A stretch of DNA of 64,000 bases from contig CAVNZM010000008.1 in assembly GCA_963693365.1 (NCBI GenBank), positions 4,113,810 to 4,177,809 of the forward strand, given 5' to 3'. The translations under genes were made by a program, and so were the position numbers. Positions 47,395 to 64,000 of this stretch are shown here, in pieces. Position 1 is the first letter of the stretch; the number at the start of each line of letters is the position of its first letter. A model generated the notes under the pieces. The model saw only the letters and a program-made list of their open reading frames with translations, had not been told where the DNA came from and ran no database searches. This stretch comes from Amoebidium appalachense. Taxonomy: Eukaryota > Protista > Ichthyosporea.

Positions 47395-48668
47395 TGTGAC
47401 GTAGATATACATCGAGTCACCCCAGACACGGAAGCCCCCCAGATCAATAAACATCACGATGTAAATGGGGCTTCCGGGACCTGGCGTCCTCAGTCTTTTC
47501 CTTGTCCAAAACTTATTTCTTGTCAACGAAGCTGTGACCATCCCTCCCCCATCCGACTTTCATCCGTGTTCAAATTCATATTCCCATCACATTTCGATGT
47601 CGCATGGTAGCAGAAAAGGAAGGTCTCCCTCGGGGGTAACCAGGAAAACACGCTTCCACACGCGCGCTCTGCTAGCATGCTACGATAGCTCATTTTTACG
47701 GACGGATGGTCACAGCAGTCCACGGATAACTACGGATACACGAGGATGCATTTGCTTACTTATTCGGACGTCGCCCCGCAATGAGGCCATTTTTTTGCAA
47801 CAGCCATATCATTTTTCATATTGTAGCACACACAACTCGGTTTTCGCACCAGCCCATTTCTCATGAGCGCATCATCTTTTCCCATTTTCCACACACGACC
47901 ACACAGTGATCGGCAAGTTTTGATCCTGATACTTTGTGCGTATAAGCAAAGCACGAGAAACGCCACCCCCGTATGCTGCTAATCCCGCATAATGGGTGCC
48001 GGCCAGACACTAAGCCCAGCACACGTTTGCCGGAGGGTGTGAGTCTCGGGCTTTGCTTATGCCCACACAATGGTTAAGATCACTACCTGACGATCACTAG
48101 AGTCGTGTGTTTTCCTTCAGTCTGAACAGCCGTCGTTTGCGAAAACTACGTGTATATACCCAATCACGATATATTTCAACATGTACATCCGGAAGATCTA
48201 TGTCTGCCTCTCACTCTTGCTCGCCTCTGCTTACATTTTTTGCTTTTGTGTTGTGTACCCACGTGAGGTCATCCTCAGAGGCACTGCAGCCCGCCCACGT
48301 GTGGTTAGGGGATGGCTTGGAGGTTTGCCTGTCCCTGACATACACTGTGACGCCCCCCCTACCCCTAGTATGCATCCACATGCTTATATGTTTGCACCCA
48401 CGTACTAGCCTTATCCATGTGTGAGGACACACACTATCCTTCTCTTGTGCGCTTAACATGTGACGTAGATATACATCGAGTCACCCCAGACACGGAAGCC
48501 CCCCAGATCAATAAACATCACGATGTAAATGGGGCTTCCGGGACCTGGCGTCCTCAGTCTTTTCCTTGTCCAAAACTTATTTCTTGTCAACGAAGCTGTG
48601 ACCATCCCTCCCCCATCCGACTTTCATCCGTGTTCAAATTCATATTCCCATCACATTTCGATGTCGCA
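47395..48668 (+). mobile_element. TRIM-like non-autonomous LTR retroelement
   Basis: Two 210-bp direct repeats that appear identical (47395-47604, 48459-48668), each TGTGAC...GTCGCA. PBS-like TGGTAGCAGA at 47605. TSD TATG at 47391-47394 and 48669-48672. The 854-bp interior has no recognisable coding. Confidence 0.9.
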
Positions 48669-49199
48669 TATGTACATGCTAGGCAACAATGACTCGCCAT
48701 CGTAGTATCTGACACCCCTATTACATATTATGGGTAAGCAGAGGCTAGCATCGGTAGCTCCGAAAGAAAGTTAAGGCACCGGATCACAATATCATACTGC
48801 AGCATTGATAAGATGATCTAGGATAGTCATCCTAAAACGGATATATTGAGGAAGAGAGGAAGAAAAGAGAATAAAACCGCCAATAACCTCCGGTTCTAAT
48901 ACATTAGCTAACAGGTTGCATTTATTGATAGATATGCAGCCGCGAGTAAACCGCCCCCCACACATATTACACATTACGAGCAGGAGACACCAGAAACCGA
49001 TTACACCGCCAAGCCATAATCATCTTTGCGTTTTTACACCACACCACATTATGAATAAACGAATCTATGTATGAACGAGACTCTCTAATTAGCCGTATCC
49101 GCCATATAGGCTACTAGACACGTAGTTGGTGTTTTTGCGGTCCTAACACCGGAAGGGACTCAACACGTAGAGTAAAAAGATATCTATCAGCCATAGACT

Positions 49200-49797
49200 T
49201 GCTTCATATTCACACTATGATCTAGCCGTACCTCTGGTGGGGTCGCCAGCCATTCCACATAACGCTCGGCAATGGGCAGAGACGATGGGGAAGGGAAGAG
49301 GTAGAGGGGCGAGTCCGGCGGGGATGCGTGTAGCCGGAAGAGCGGGTGGTCCGGGGCACAAACGGACAGGCGGGTGATGTGCTCGTGAAAGTTAAGGCTA
49401 ATTCGTGTACGCGTTGTGATGGTGGTGTGAGTGCGTAGAGAGAATCAAAATTTAAAAGGCGTCTAGGGATAGGTGTGGAAAGACCAGTGAGAAACGTACA
49501 ACAAGTTGTGTATATGGAAATCATCTATTGATTTGAGGACATTAGTAACAGTATCAGGGGGTGCCATAGCTAGTAAGGGCAACCCGTATTCAGACAAAGG
49601 GAGAATATATGTGCGAAATATACTAAGACGATTGTATAGGTGGACAGTATGAGAAAGAGTAGCAAGATACACATCCCTAAATAACCGAAGACACCTGCCT
49701 GCACTCTCCACCCGACGGTCGATCATCCGTTTGAAACATATGCCCCATTCGTCCACCGGAATCCCCAAATACTTGTATTCGATTGGGCGAGGGAGGG
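49200..49797 (-). mobile_element. 5'-truncated non-LTR retrotransposon (LINE) fragment, RT thumb region
   Basis: EYKYLGIP...RLSIFRTYILPLSEYG is typical of the end of a LINE RT domain. Stops follow downstream. Boundaries approximate. Confidence 0.75.
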
Positions 49798-50030
49798 GAC
49801 TGTTGCTTCATTCTGATTGGTTGTCACACCACGGGGTTTCCCGATTGTTCTTCGAATGACAGTTTCTATCACTATCAGACAGTTCTCCGATATTAGAACA
49901 GAAAACGGTCTCTACCCAGATGGCCAGATGGCCAGGTCAAATTCAGTGTGTGAAAAAGGTGGATAAAACGGGAGCCAAAATGATCTGGCCATCTGGCCAT
50001 GTGGCCATGGAATCTCTATATCTAAAAATA

Positions 50031-50480
50031 GCTGGCACTGCGCCGGGGCGTGGTTCCGGGAGGCAGGGGAGCAGGGGAGGCACGTGAGCACTCACTGGCA
50101 CTGCGCCGGGGCGTGGTTCCGGGAGGCAGGGGAGGCAGGGGAGCACTCACTGGCACTGCGCCGGGGCGTGGTTCCGGGAGGCAGGGGAGGCACACGTGCA
50201 GGGGAGGCAGGGGAGCAGGGGAGACTGGGGGGCCACTCACGGGGGATAAATGTTGTGTATGCATATGGCCATGGTCACGTGTACTAAGAGACTCCACTGG
50301 GGGCGTGGTTCCGGGAGGCAGGGGGGGGGGGGGGGGGGGGGGGGGAGGGGGAGGCAGGGGGGGGTGGGGGGGACAAATGTTGTGTGTGCATATGTATGTT
50401 GGTTGTGCGGCTGTTTGCGTAATAAAGGCAGAAGCCACGACACTGGGGGTGTGGTTCCGGGCAGCAGGGGGGGCAGGGGG
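50031..50480. repeat. GC-rich minisatellite (core gggcgtggttccgggaggcagggg)
   Basis: Three ~55-60 bp copies at 50031-50190 and two degenerate cores near 50300 and 50445. Confidence 0.85.
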
Positions 50481-50515
50481 GAGGGGGGTGACAAGGAGGA
50501 ACAGGGTTGGTTTTT

Positions 50516-50953
50516 TTATTTGGGCTTGTGCTTATGGCAATGGGTCGTAGATTTCACCCTGTTTTTGCAGGGATTGCCAGCCTTGGTTTTGCCCTGGTAG
50601 TACCCATTTTCCCTGCCCACACCCACTGCCGCAGCTACAACCGGTGGCTGTGGTGCACCCATGGGTGGATCCGGAGTGGAAACAGTTGGCACGGGTACCC
50701 CGGTGCGCTCGGTGCGAGGGCGCTGCATTTCTGCGACTGTAAAGGCGGCCAGGAGGTCGTCCAGCAGGAGGTTTGCATGAGCATAGTCCCCGGCCTTGTG
50801 GGGGTGGAGGATGTTGATGGTGTTGTCGCTGTAGAGGAGGACACCGGTGGCAGGGGCAAAGCATACCCAGGGCTTGAAAATTCGGCATCTGGAGAGAGGG
50901 GTACTGGTAAAACACAAGAGCAACACGGCATCAAGAGTTTGTACCACAGGCAA
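50516..50953 (-). CDS. intronless ORF ending in a DUF5763-like Cys/His motif
   Basis: C-terminus YYQGKTKAGNPCKNRVKSTTHCHKH resembles C-x-G-x-TK-x-G-x-x-C...C-x-x-H, with the first Cys replaced by Tyr. Confidence 0.4.
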   Translation of the reverse strand: MPVVQTLDAVLLLCFTSTPLSRCRIFKPWVCFAPATGVLLYSDNTINILHPHKAGDYAHANLLLDDLLAAFTVAEMQRPRTERTGVPVPTVSTPDPPMGAPQPPVVAAAVGVGRENGYYQGKTKAGNPCKNRVKSTTHCHKHKPK

Positions 50954-51292
50954 GATCTCAGAAGGTCACTTTTGGGGTGTAACACGTCGGATACTGAAAG
51001 TTTTGTGAGGTACACGTACATGTTCGACAGCACGGTCACCACAGGCATTCTTTATGTGATATCTATATGCAGTGTCATTGCAAATATACACTGGTACAAT
51101 TTAATGAAGTCCGAACCGAATGCTAGAGAGAAAGTGGACAAAATGTATCTGGTGTACGTCAGCGCTGCTATTGTCCTCACATGTTTATTGGTTACACCAT
51201 TGATGTATGCAGTCATATACTATTTCAATAAGAAGACGGGTGCTGCGGAGTACGACACCACTCTGAGACAAACAAGTCACTCGGACTTTTAA
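50777..51292 (+). CDS. hypothetical intronless two-TM membrane protein
   Basis: Hydrophobic helices GILYVISICSVIANIHWY and YLVYVSAAIVLTCLLVTPLMYAVIYYF. The start is uncertain and the ORF overlaps the opposite-strand ORF. Confidence 0.4.
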   Translation: MSIVPGLVGVEDVDGVVAVEEDTGGRGKAYPGLENSASGERGTGKTQEQHGIKSLYHRQDLRRSLLGCNTSDTESFVRYTYMFDSTVTTGILYVISICSVIANIHWYNLMKSEPNAREKVDKMYLVYVSAAIVLTCLLVTPLMYAVIYYFNKKTGAAEYDTTLRQTSHSDF

Positions 51293-51317
51293 TCCGATTG
51301 ACGTGTCACCGCGCCAG

Positions 51318-51811
51318 CGCTGCATACAAAAAGACCCGAAGTGGAGTATACGACAAACCCAGCGCCAGCGCTTCATACCCAAAGTGGATACAATAAAAAG
51401 ACAGTTGCTGTGTGTGCAAAGCTGTGTGTGCAAAAAGAGGGGAAATAAGCGCTGCATACAAAAGCCCCGAAGTGGAGTATACGACAAACCCAGCGCCAGC
51501 GCTTCATACCCAAAGTGGATACAATAAAAAGACAGTTGCTGTGTGTGCAAAGCCGTGTGTGCAAAAAGAGGGGAAATAAGCGCTGCATACAAAAGCCCCG
51601 AAGTGGAGTATACGACAAACCCAGCGCCAGCGCTTCATACCCAAAGTGGATACAATAAAAAGACAGTTGCTGTGTGTGCAAAGCTGTGTGTGCAAAAAGA
51701 GGGGAAATAAGCGCTGCATACAAAAGCCCCGAAGTGGAATATACGACAAACCCAGCGCCAGCGCTTCATACCCAAAGTGGATACAATAAAAAGACAGTTG
51801 CTGTGTGTGCA
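51318..51811. repeat. 131-bp tandem repeat, ~3.8 copies
   Basis: Units start at gcgctgcatacaaaag at 51318, 51449, 51580 and 51711 and are nearly identical. Confidence 0.95.
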
Positions 51812-51821
51812 ATATACATCG

Positions 51822-52069
51822 ATAGACTTATGAAAGCACACAAACTGTGTGCCACACGGGCATGCATGCATGGGGAGGGAGTGTGGGGTGGGGGGGGGAG
51901 ACTTTGAACGTGCATAGACTTATGAAAGCACACAAACTGTGTGCCACACGGGCATGCATGCATGGGGAGGGAGTGTGGGGAGGGGGGGGAGACTTTGAAC
52001 GTGCATAGACTTATGAAAGCACACAAACTGTGTGCCACACGGGCATGCATGCATGGGGAGGGAGTGTGG

Positions 52070-52110
<41 letters not shown>

Positions 52111-52310
52111 GACTTTGAACGTGCATAGACTTATGAAAGCACACAAACTGTGTGCCACACGGGCATGCATGCATGGGGAGGGAGTGTGGGGTGGGGGGGA
52201 GGGGGGTGGGGGGGGTGGGGGGGGGGGAGACTTTGAACGTGCATAGACTTATGAAAGCACACAAACTGTGTGCCACACGGGCATGCATGCATGGGGAGGG
52301 AGTGTGGGGT

Positions 52311-52346
<36 letters not shown>

Positions 52347-52697
52347 GACTTTGAACGTGCATAGACTTATGAAAGCACACAAACTGTGTGCCACACGGGC
52401 ATGCATGCATGGGGAGGGAGTGTGGGGTGGGGGGGGGGGGGGGGGGGGGGTGGGGGGGGGGGGGGGGGAGACTTTGAACGTGCATAGACTTATGAAAGCA
52501 CACAAACTGTGTGCCACACGGGCATGCATGCATGGGGAGGGAGTGTGGGGTGGGGGGAGGGGGGGGGGGGGTGACTTTGAACGTGCATGCAATAGACTTA
52601 TGAAAGCACACAAACTGTGTTCCACACGGGCATGCATGCATGGGGAGGGAGTGTGGGGTGGGGGGAGGGGGGGGGGAGACTTTGAACGTGCATGCAA
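51822..52697. repeat. tandem repeat of a ~80-bp constant unit plus a variable G tract, ~8 copies
   Basis: gactttgaacgtgcatagacttatgaaagcacacaaactgtgtgccacacgggcatgcatgcatggggagggagtgtgggg, with copies separated by G runs of differing length. Confidence 0.95.
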
Positions 52698-52900
52698 GTG
52701 TGTACCAAAAGGGACCTGGACTTCTTTGTATACAATCGATATTTAATCGGTTGAAAACAGCAAAACAAGACTTGTACATATATAATAACCACAAGATACT
52801 AAACCATCCAGAAGACTTGTACATATATAATAACCACAAATACTAAACCATCCAGAACCAGAAAAACAAGATGCCTACATGGTGCTACCAGTATCAACAG

Positions 52901-54384
52901 TCATATATTAAAATACATCAGCCAGCCCCTGTGGCCATACCCAGCCCCTGACACATACAACAAAATCAAAACACACCCCTCACCACTCCCAACCTCCCAA
53001 TCTTGTTCGTCTTCGTGTTCATCACTGTCCGTGTGAATAACATGTACATCTGAAACTTTCTTTGCACGTGTCCTGCCACTGCGGGCAGGGGCTGGTTTCT
53101 GACTCGGTTTTGGTTTCTTTGCTCGACCACTTTCTTTCCCTTTCTTCCCCTCGACCTTCTCGCCCATACCCATCATGTCCTCCAATTCCTCATCTATTGC
53201 CGTCTCAAATGCCGTCTCTTCCTGGCGGTGCCGTTTGTACACACCGAAAGAAATATCTGACAGTCCTCTCTTTGAACCCTGGGGATATGCAGAGGGGTTC
53301 GACAACATGGAGGGGAAGAGAGGCACCAAAAGTGCGGGATTGGGAAAAAGGTGCAGGAGTGCTGGTAACGGTGGCGAGGGACGGATTGAAGGGGGGTACG
53401 GGCATGACAGAGGAGAAACCGGATGAGGGGAGGGCGAGAAGGGGCAGGGGGAGGTTGAGGGGGGTTTTGGGTTGAGTGGTACCGGGCGGGGGGAGGGTGG
53501 GGGTGGGATTTTGATTGGTCGTACCAGGGGGGGGGGGGGGGCGAGACCGTGTTGGACGGTAATGTCGGGGAGGGGCTGGGGGTCATCTTTCCACCCACGA
53601 AGTTTCTGTGTGCTCTCGTCGATTGTTCTACGGTATGATTCCCTCATGGTCGCAATGTGTGACTGAAGCCTGGTAATCTCGGCCCGGTATTATTCCCCTT
53701 CAGCCTGATGTTCCAGGATATCGGCCACCTTTCCAACAAGCTGCCCTTCGAGGTCCCGATTCTTTTCCGATAACACCTGTTCCTTTGCATCTGCAAAGTG
53801 TTTTTGTTTGGCCGCCGCCGATTTTAGCTCGGCAATTTCCCCCTTAAGGATTTGGATGTCGTGATCCTTCGTTTGTAATTCTTTCTCTGCGGCTTCCAGC
53901 TTCTCCTGCAATTCGGTGGTTGGGGTGGTGACAGCGGGTGCAGTGGCCGCAGTACCGACCTTTGCCAATGCAGAGGCAATGGCACTGTCTACTTTCGACT
54001 GCAACACAGTCTCCAAGTACTCTTCGAACATTTTTGGATCGACGGGAGCAGTGTCGCCGGAGTGTGGGGGGGGTTGGATGGGGGGGGGGATTTCGCCGCC
54101 GGAGTGTGGGGGGGGGGTTGGATGGGGGGGGGATTTCGCCGCCGGAGTGTGGGGGGGGGGTTGGATGGGGGGGGGATTTCGCCGCCGGAGTGTGGGGGGG
54201 GGGTTGGATGTGGGGGGGATTTCGCCGCCGGAGTGTGGGGGGGGTTGGATGTGGGGGGGATTTCGCCGCCGGAGTGTGGGGGGGGGTTGGATGTGGGGAA
54301 GGCTTCCGATGTGACGGGGTCGGCGGACTTGCTGATGTTGGTTTCGTATGACCCCGACCCGGGAGTTTGCTGGGAATAATCCAT
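52901..54384 (-). pseudogene. intronless Pro-repeat / coiled-coil protein gene, interrupted
   Basis: Begins MDYSQQTPG..., then ~40-bp PPTSNPPPHSGGEI repeats with frame changes in G runs, then a coiled coil (ELQEKLEAAEKELQTKD...). An in-frame TAA at 53690-53692 is followed by the same frame continuing into the 53647-52901 ORF with a basic/acidic tail. Confidence 0.6.
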
Positions 54385-55059
54385 CGTGACAGTTTTCACA
54401 AAAAAAAAAGGATAAACAAAGGGAAAAAAAGAAAGGAAGTCTTACGTTTCTCTGCGCAAACACAGTCGTGTGCAAACCCAGTCGTGAACAAGGGAAAAAG
54501 GAAAAAAAAAAACAAGGGAAAAAGGAAAAAAAAAACAAGGGAAAAAGGCAAAAAAAAAAAAAAAAGAAAGTGCTACGAATACGATTCTCTGTTGTGAACA
54601 AAGGAAAAAGTAAAAAAAAGAGTGTTACGTACGTTTCTCTGCGCAAACACAGTCCTGTGCAAACCCAGTCGTGAACAAGAGAAAAAGAAAAAAAAAAGAG
54701 AGTGTTACGTTTCTCTAGGCAAACACCGTCGTGTGCAAACACAGCCATGAACAAAAGAATCAGAAAAGTAGAAAGTGACAGCGCTGTGAACTGATATAAA
54801 AAACCGCCATCAATTATTTATATGAAGCCATTGCGCAAAATACGATCTTATGTTACGAGAATCAAGCATAAGAAAAACAGAACTTTTTGGCGCTGTTAGT
54901 GAATATATCTCTAATCGTGTTTGGTTCACAGGTAAACTGTATAAAAAAGGTGAATATACGAAATAAAAATATAATATACAGGACAAAACGAGCGCTAGTT
55001 TAAAACATCGAAGGATATACGCTTTCACAACATCTTATTCGTGGACCTTTTTACGTGCA

Positions 55060-55800
55060 AGCGTTTTGATTGGTGCATAGGGGTTGGTTCTTGCCCCACG
55101 TGATTCGCGGCGCTGATGCTCAGGGTATTCTGATTGACCGAAATCGAAGCATCGGATTCAAATTGGGCAAATACAAAACGCTTTCCAACCAAAATCCCAA
55201 GCGCATGGTTGTTTATTTATAGAACCTTATATGTCATAAAACATACAACCCTCTTTTAGGATTTCCCTTATTCCTTGCTCAGTCAAAACGCTCCAGGGTC
55301 GGTGCTGCTATCAGTCACTAATTTCATTGGCCAGTCATCACGTAAATGCGCCAGCCAACAAAACCAATCGGTGATTGGTGAATAGTGGTTGGGTCAACGT
55401 GATCGGGCACTGGTACTCTAGGCAAGCGCTTATCGGCATTGGTACAATCTAGTTGGTCAATACACCGTGACTCAAGGCTGCAACGCTTTTCGAAGACCAG
55501 ATTCACAGGACCCTTTCCAAACAAAATTCCAAGCAAATGTCTGTGTCCGCGTACAGTATAAATAAACATAAATAAATCATGCTTTTTTAATATTTATTGC
55601 CTATTAGAATAAATCACAATTGTTACTCGCAAAAGGGTCTTGGTTGGGCAGGCTGGCCTTGCTACCCAAACTATTATTAGCCGATCTCACTGATTAGCTT
55701 ATTATCACGTACGCGCCAATCAGTGATTCCATTGGCCAAACTGAACAAAACATTAATTGGCCAGTCATCAAAAACGTGATTTTCTTGATTGCTTCAAGCT
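55060..55800. promoter_or_regulatory. CCAAT-box-rich region between divergent genes
   Basis: Many ATTGG/CCAAT sites, the near-palindrome ccaatcggtgattgg (~55364), and attggccagtcatca repeated at ~55326 and ~55756. Confidence 0.45.
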
Positions 55801-55896
55801 TTGCGAAATGAGAATATATGTTCAACACTCTCTTTGCGCTCTATATACAACGGAGAAATTACAAGAGTCCATCTTGATTCCCGAACGAACAAATAT

Positions 55897-56160
55897 AACC
55901 AAGCGCACCACACCAGTTCGTGTTACTTTCGCCCGGCGCTGCTGTTGTACATGTTTCAAACATAACCAAGCGCGCCACACCAATTCGTGTCACTTTCGCC
56001 CAGCGCTGCTGTTGTGCATGTTTCAAACGTAATCAGGCGCACCACATCAGTTCGTGTCACTTTCGCCCAGCGCTGCTGTTGTGCATGTTTCAAACATAAT
56101 CAAGCGCACCACACCAGTTCGTGTCACTTTCGCCCGGCGCTGCTGTTGTACATGTTTCCA
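55897..56160. repeat. ~67-bp tandem repeat x4
   Basis: Unit aaccaagcgcaccacaccagttcgtgtcactttcgcccagcgctgctgttgtgcatgtttcaaacat. Confidence 0.9.
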
Positions 56161-56458
56161 TTGTAATTACAAATAGGCTAGATTGCCAAAAACAGAACGA
56201 AAACAACAAAGAAACTTGTTATAATAACCTGTGCACACCGCGCTATCAGTTGTCCCCTTTTTTAGCCAATACAGATACATAGAATTTCCTTCATGTTTCC
56301 CTGTGCGAGGCACATTTTAGGCTTATGCACACAATCGTAGATTGTTTGGGATACGAAAACAGAGCACACACACAAACGAGTTCTGCTAAACACAAACATT
56401 GTTAGACTGGACACAAAAAACATAGCGCGCGCATGCACGAGCTTTCCTAGGAACGATT

Positions 56459-56570
<112 letters not shown>

Positions 56571-56685
56571 AAGCACGAGCGCTACAACACGGTGGCACAA
56601 GCACACAGACAGAGCGCTCTCACAGACAGTCTTACAGGCAGAGGGTGCTCACAATTACACACATCACAAAAACACACACAGCAAC

Positions 56686-62405
<5,720 letters not shown>

Positions 62406-62408
<3 letters not shown>

Positions 62409-63040
62409 GGTTTGTGGTGGGTGCGGTGGGGGAAACGTAGTTGTAGTGGTGGCGGCGGGTAGGCCCCACATTCACATCTTACTTAGGGTTTGTGGTGGGT
62501 GCGGTCACGTGACGGTGGGGGAAACGTAGTTGTAGTGGTGGCGGCGGGTAGGCCCCACATTCACATCTTACTTAGGGTTTGTGGTGGGTGCGGTGGGGGA
62601 AACGTAGTTGTAGTGGTGGCGGCGGGTAGGCCCCACATTCACATCTTACCTAATAGGGTTTGTGGTGGGTGCGGTGGGGGAAACGTAGTTGTAGTGGTGG
62701 CGGCGGGTAGGCCCCACATTCACATCTTACTTAGGGTTTGTGGTGGGTGCGGTGGGGGAAACGTAGTTGTAGTGGTGGCGGCGGGTAGGCCCCACATTCA
62801 CATCTTACTTAGGGTTTGTGGTGGGTGCGGTGGGGGAAACGTAGTTGTAGTGGTGGCGGCGGGTAGGCCCCACATTCACATCTTACTTAGGGTTTGTGGT
62901 GGGTGCGGTGGGGGAAACGTAGTTGTAGTGGTGGCGGCGGGTAGGCCCCACATTCACATCTTACTTAGGGTTTGTGGTGGGTGCGGTGGGGGAAACGTAT
63001 TTGTGGTGGTGTGGGCAGTAGGCACACATCCACATCTATA
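62406..63040. repeat. 78-bp tandem repeat, ~7.5 copies
   Basis: Unit tagggtttgtggtgggtgcggtgggggaaacgtagttgtagtggtggcggcgggtaggccccacattcacatcttact. The first unit begins at the JmjC stop codon. Confidence 0.95.
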
Positions 63041-63294
63041 GGGGTTTGTGATGGGTGTGGTGGAGGAAAGACGTGGTACAAAGTTTTCATACCAAGTTTT
63101 CTGTAATGTTTATTCGAAGGTGATCTGCTTCAATCTTATCCAAATTTTCATGTATATTGTATTTGCCCGGTAACAGTACCAAGTTTCCGTAATGATTATT
63201 GAATGTATTTGCCCGTGGTAGCGGGAGAGACTCCATTTAATATACCCCAAGTCTCCTTTTCAATCTGTGTACAAGCACACTGGCACGTACATTG

Positions 63295-63379
<85 letters not shown>

Positions 63380-63764
63380 ATGATACACATGCTACCAAGT
63401 TTTCATTGAACGGTGAAGGGGAGGGGGGGGGGGGGAGATAGACTCCAGCTCATCAAAATTAAACATCCCAACAGATTCTCTCGTCATTTACATTTTCCAT
63501 GTTTGTGGAGATTCTCTCGTCATTTACATTTTCCATGTTTGTGGTGTGAGTCCATTCATCCTTTGGCTTGTGTAGGTCTCTATGCATCCTCAGGCTCCAT
63601 CATCTTCTGCAGTACAATTGCTGTCTGTCGTTGATTCTTCGGCACCCACTTCTTGAGGTTTTATTTGTGGAATTTATTGACATAAATATTTTTCTGGGTA
63701 AACACGTAGGATGGGTGTTCGATATTGACATAACCATGTAGGCTTCGTTTCGTGTTTTAGCAGT

Positions 63765-63925
63765 TCGCGATTGGCCGCTCGCACACGGGCACCTATTAGC
63801 TAATCAAAACATCAGATTCCACATATCGCTAGACCGATTTTGATTGGTTCGATTCAGATTCACATATCACTGGATCGATTTTCAATTGGCTCAGGTCGGT
63901 AGGCTTAGGTATATAAGCAAGACAG
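63765..63925 (+). promoter_or_regulatory. putative Pol II promoter (three ATTGG boxes plus TATA) of a gene beyond the window
   Basis: ATTGG at ~63770, ~63843 and ~63885, the last two inside a duplicated ~37-bp unit, followed by tatataag at ~63910. Confidence 0.45.
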
Positions 63926-64000
63926 TTTTCAGCAGATCAGCAAGCTACAAACACATCTTCTGTGTTGAGCACCTACAGCCCTTACGGCTATACATTTTCT

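Noticed and set aside
50800-50860. LLYSDN as a degenerate RT YADD motif linked to the LINE fragment
   Set aside because: It is too far from YKYLG and lacks flanking RT motifs.
51822-52697. CRISPR-like constant repeat with variable spacers
   Set aside because: The spacers are only G runs, the repeat is ~80 bp, there are no cas genes and the context is eukaryotic.

Overview
Eukaryotic genomic DNA with GT-AG introns made largely of poly-C/poly-G and (CA)n/(GT)n tracts, so most supplied ORFs are low-complexity noise. A tyrosine kinase with HRDLAARN suggests a holozoan, possibly unicellular (inference). The first ~41 kb is gene-rich. By hand-splicing I find the last exon of RPL36, a 5-exon GST-like gene, a 6-exon histidine phosphatase, a 5-exon kelch-repeat membrane protein, and a 9-exon gene in which a seven-transmembrane module is spliced in frame to a tyrosine kinase with a Tyr-rich tail. 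From ~41 kb on the window is accessory DNA. It holds a long inverted repeat, an internally deleted P-superfamily transposon (36-bp perfect TIRs, 8-bp TSD), a TRIM-like mini LTR element (210-bp LTRs, PBS, 4-bp TSD) and a LINE RT fragment. It also has orphan ORFs, many minisatellites, and a divergent KDM4-like JmjN/JmjC demethylase gene with intact catalytic residues. The best candidates for something new are the 7TM-tyrosine kinase fusion and the KDM4-like gene inside the repeat island. All homology calls come from motif recognition by eye; no searches were run.
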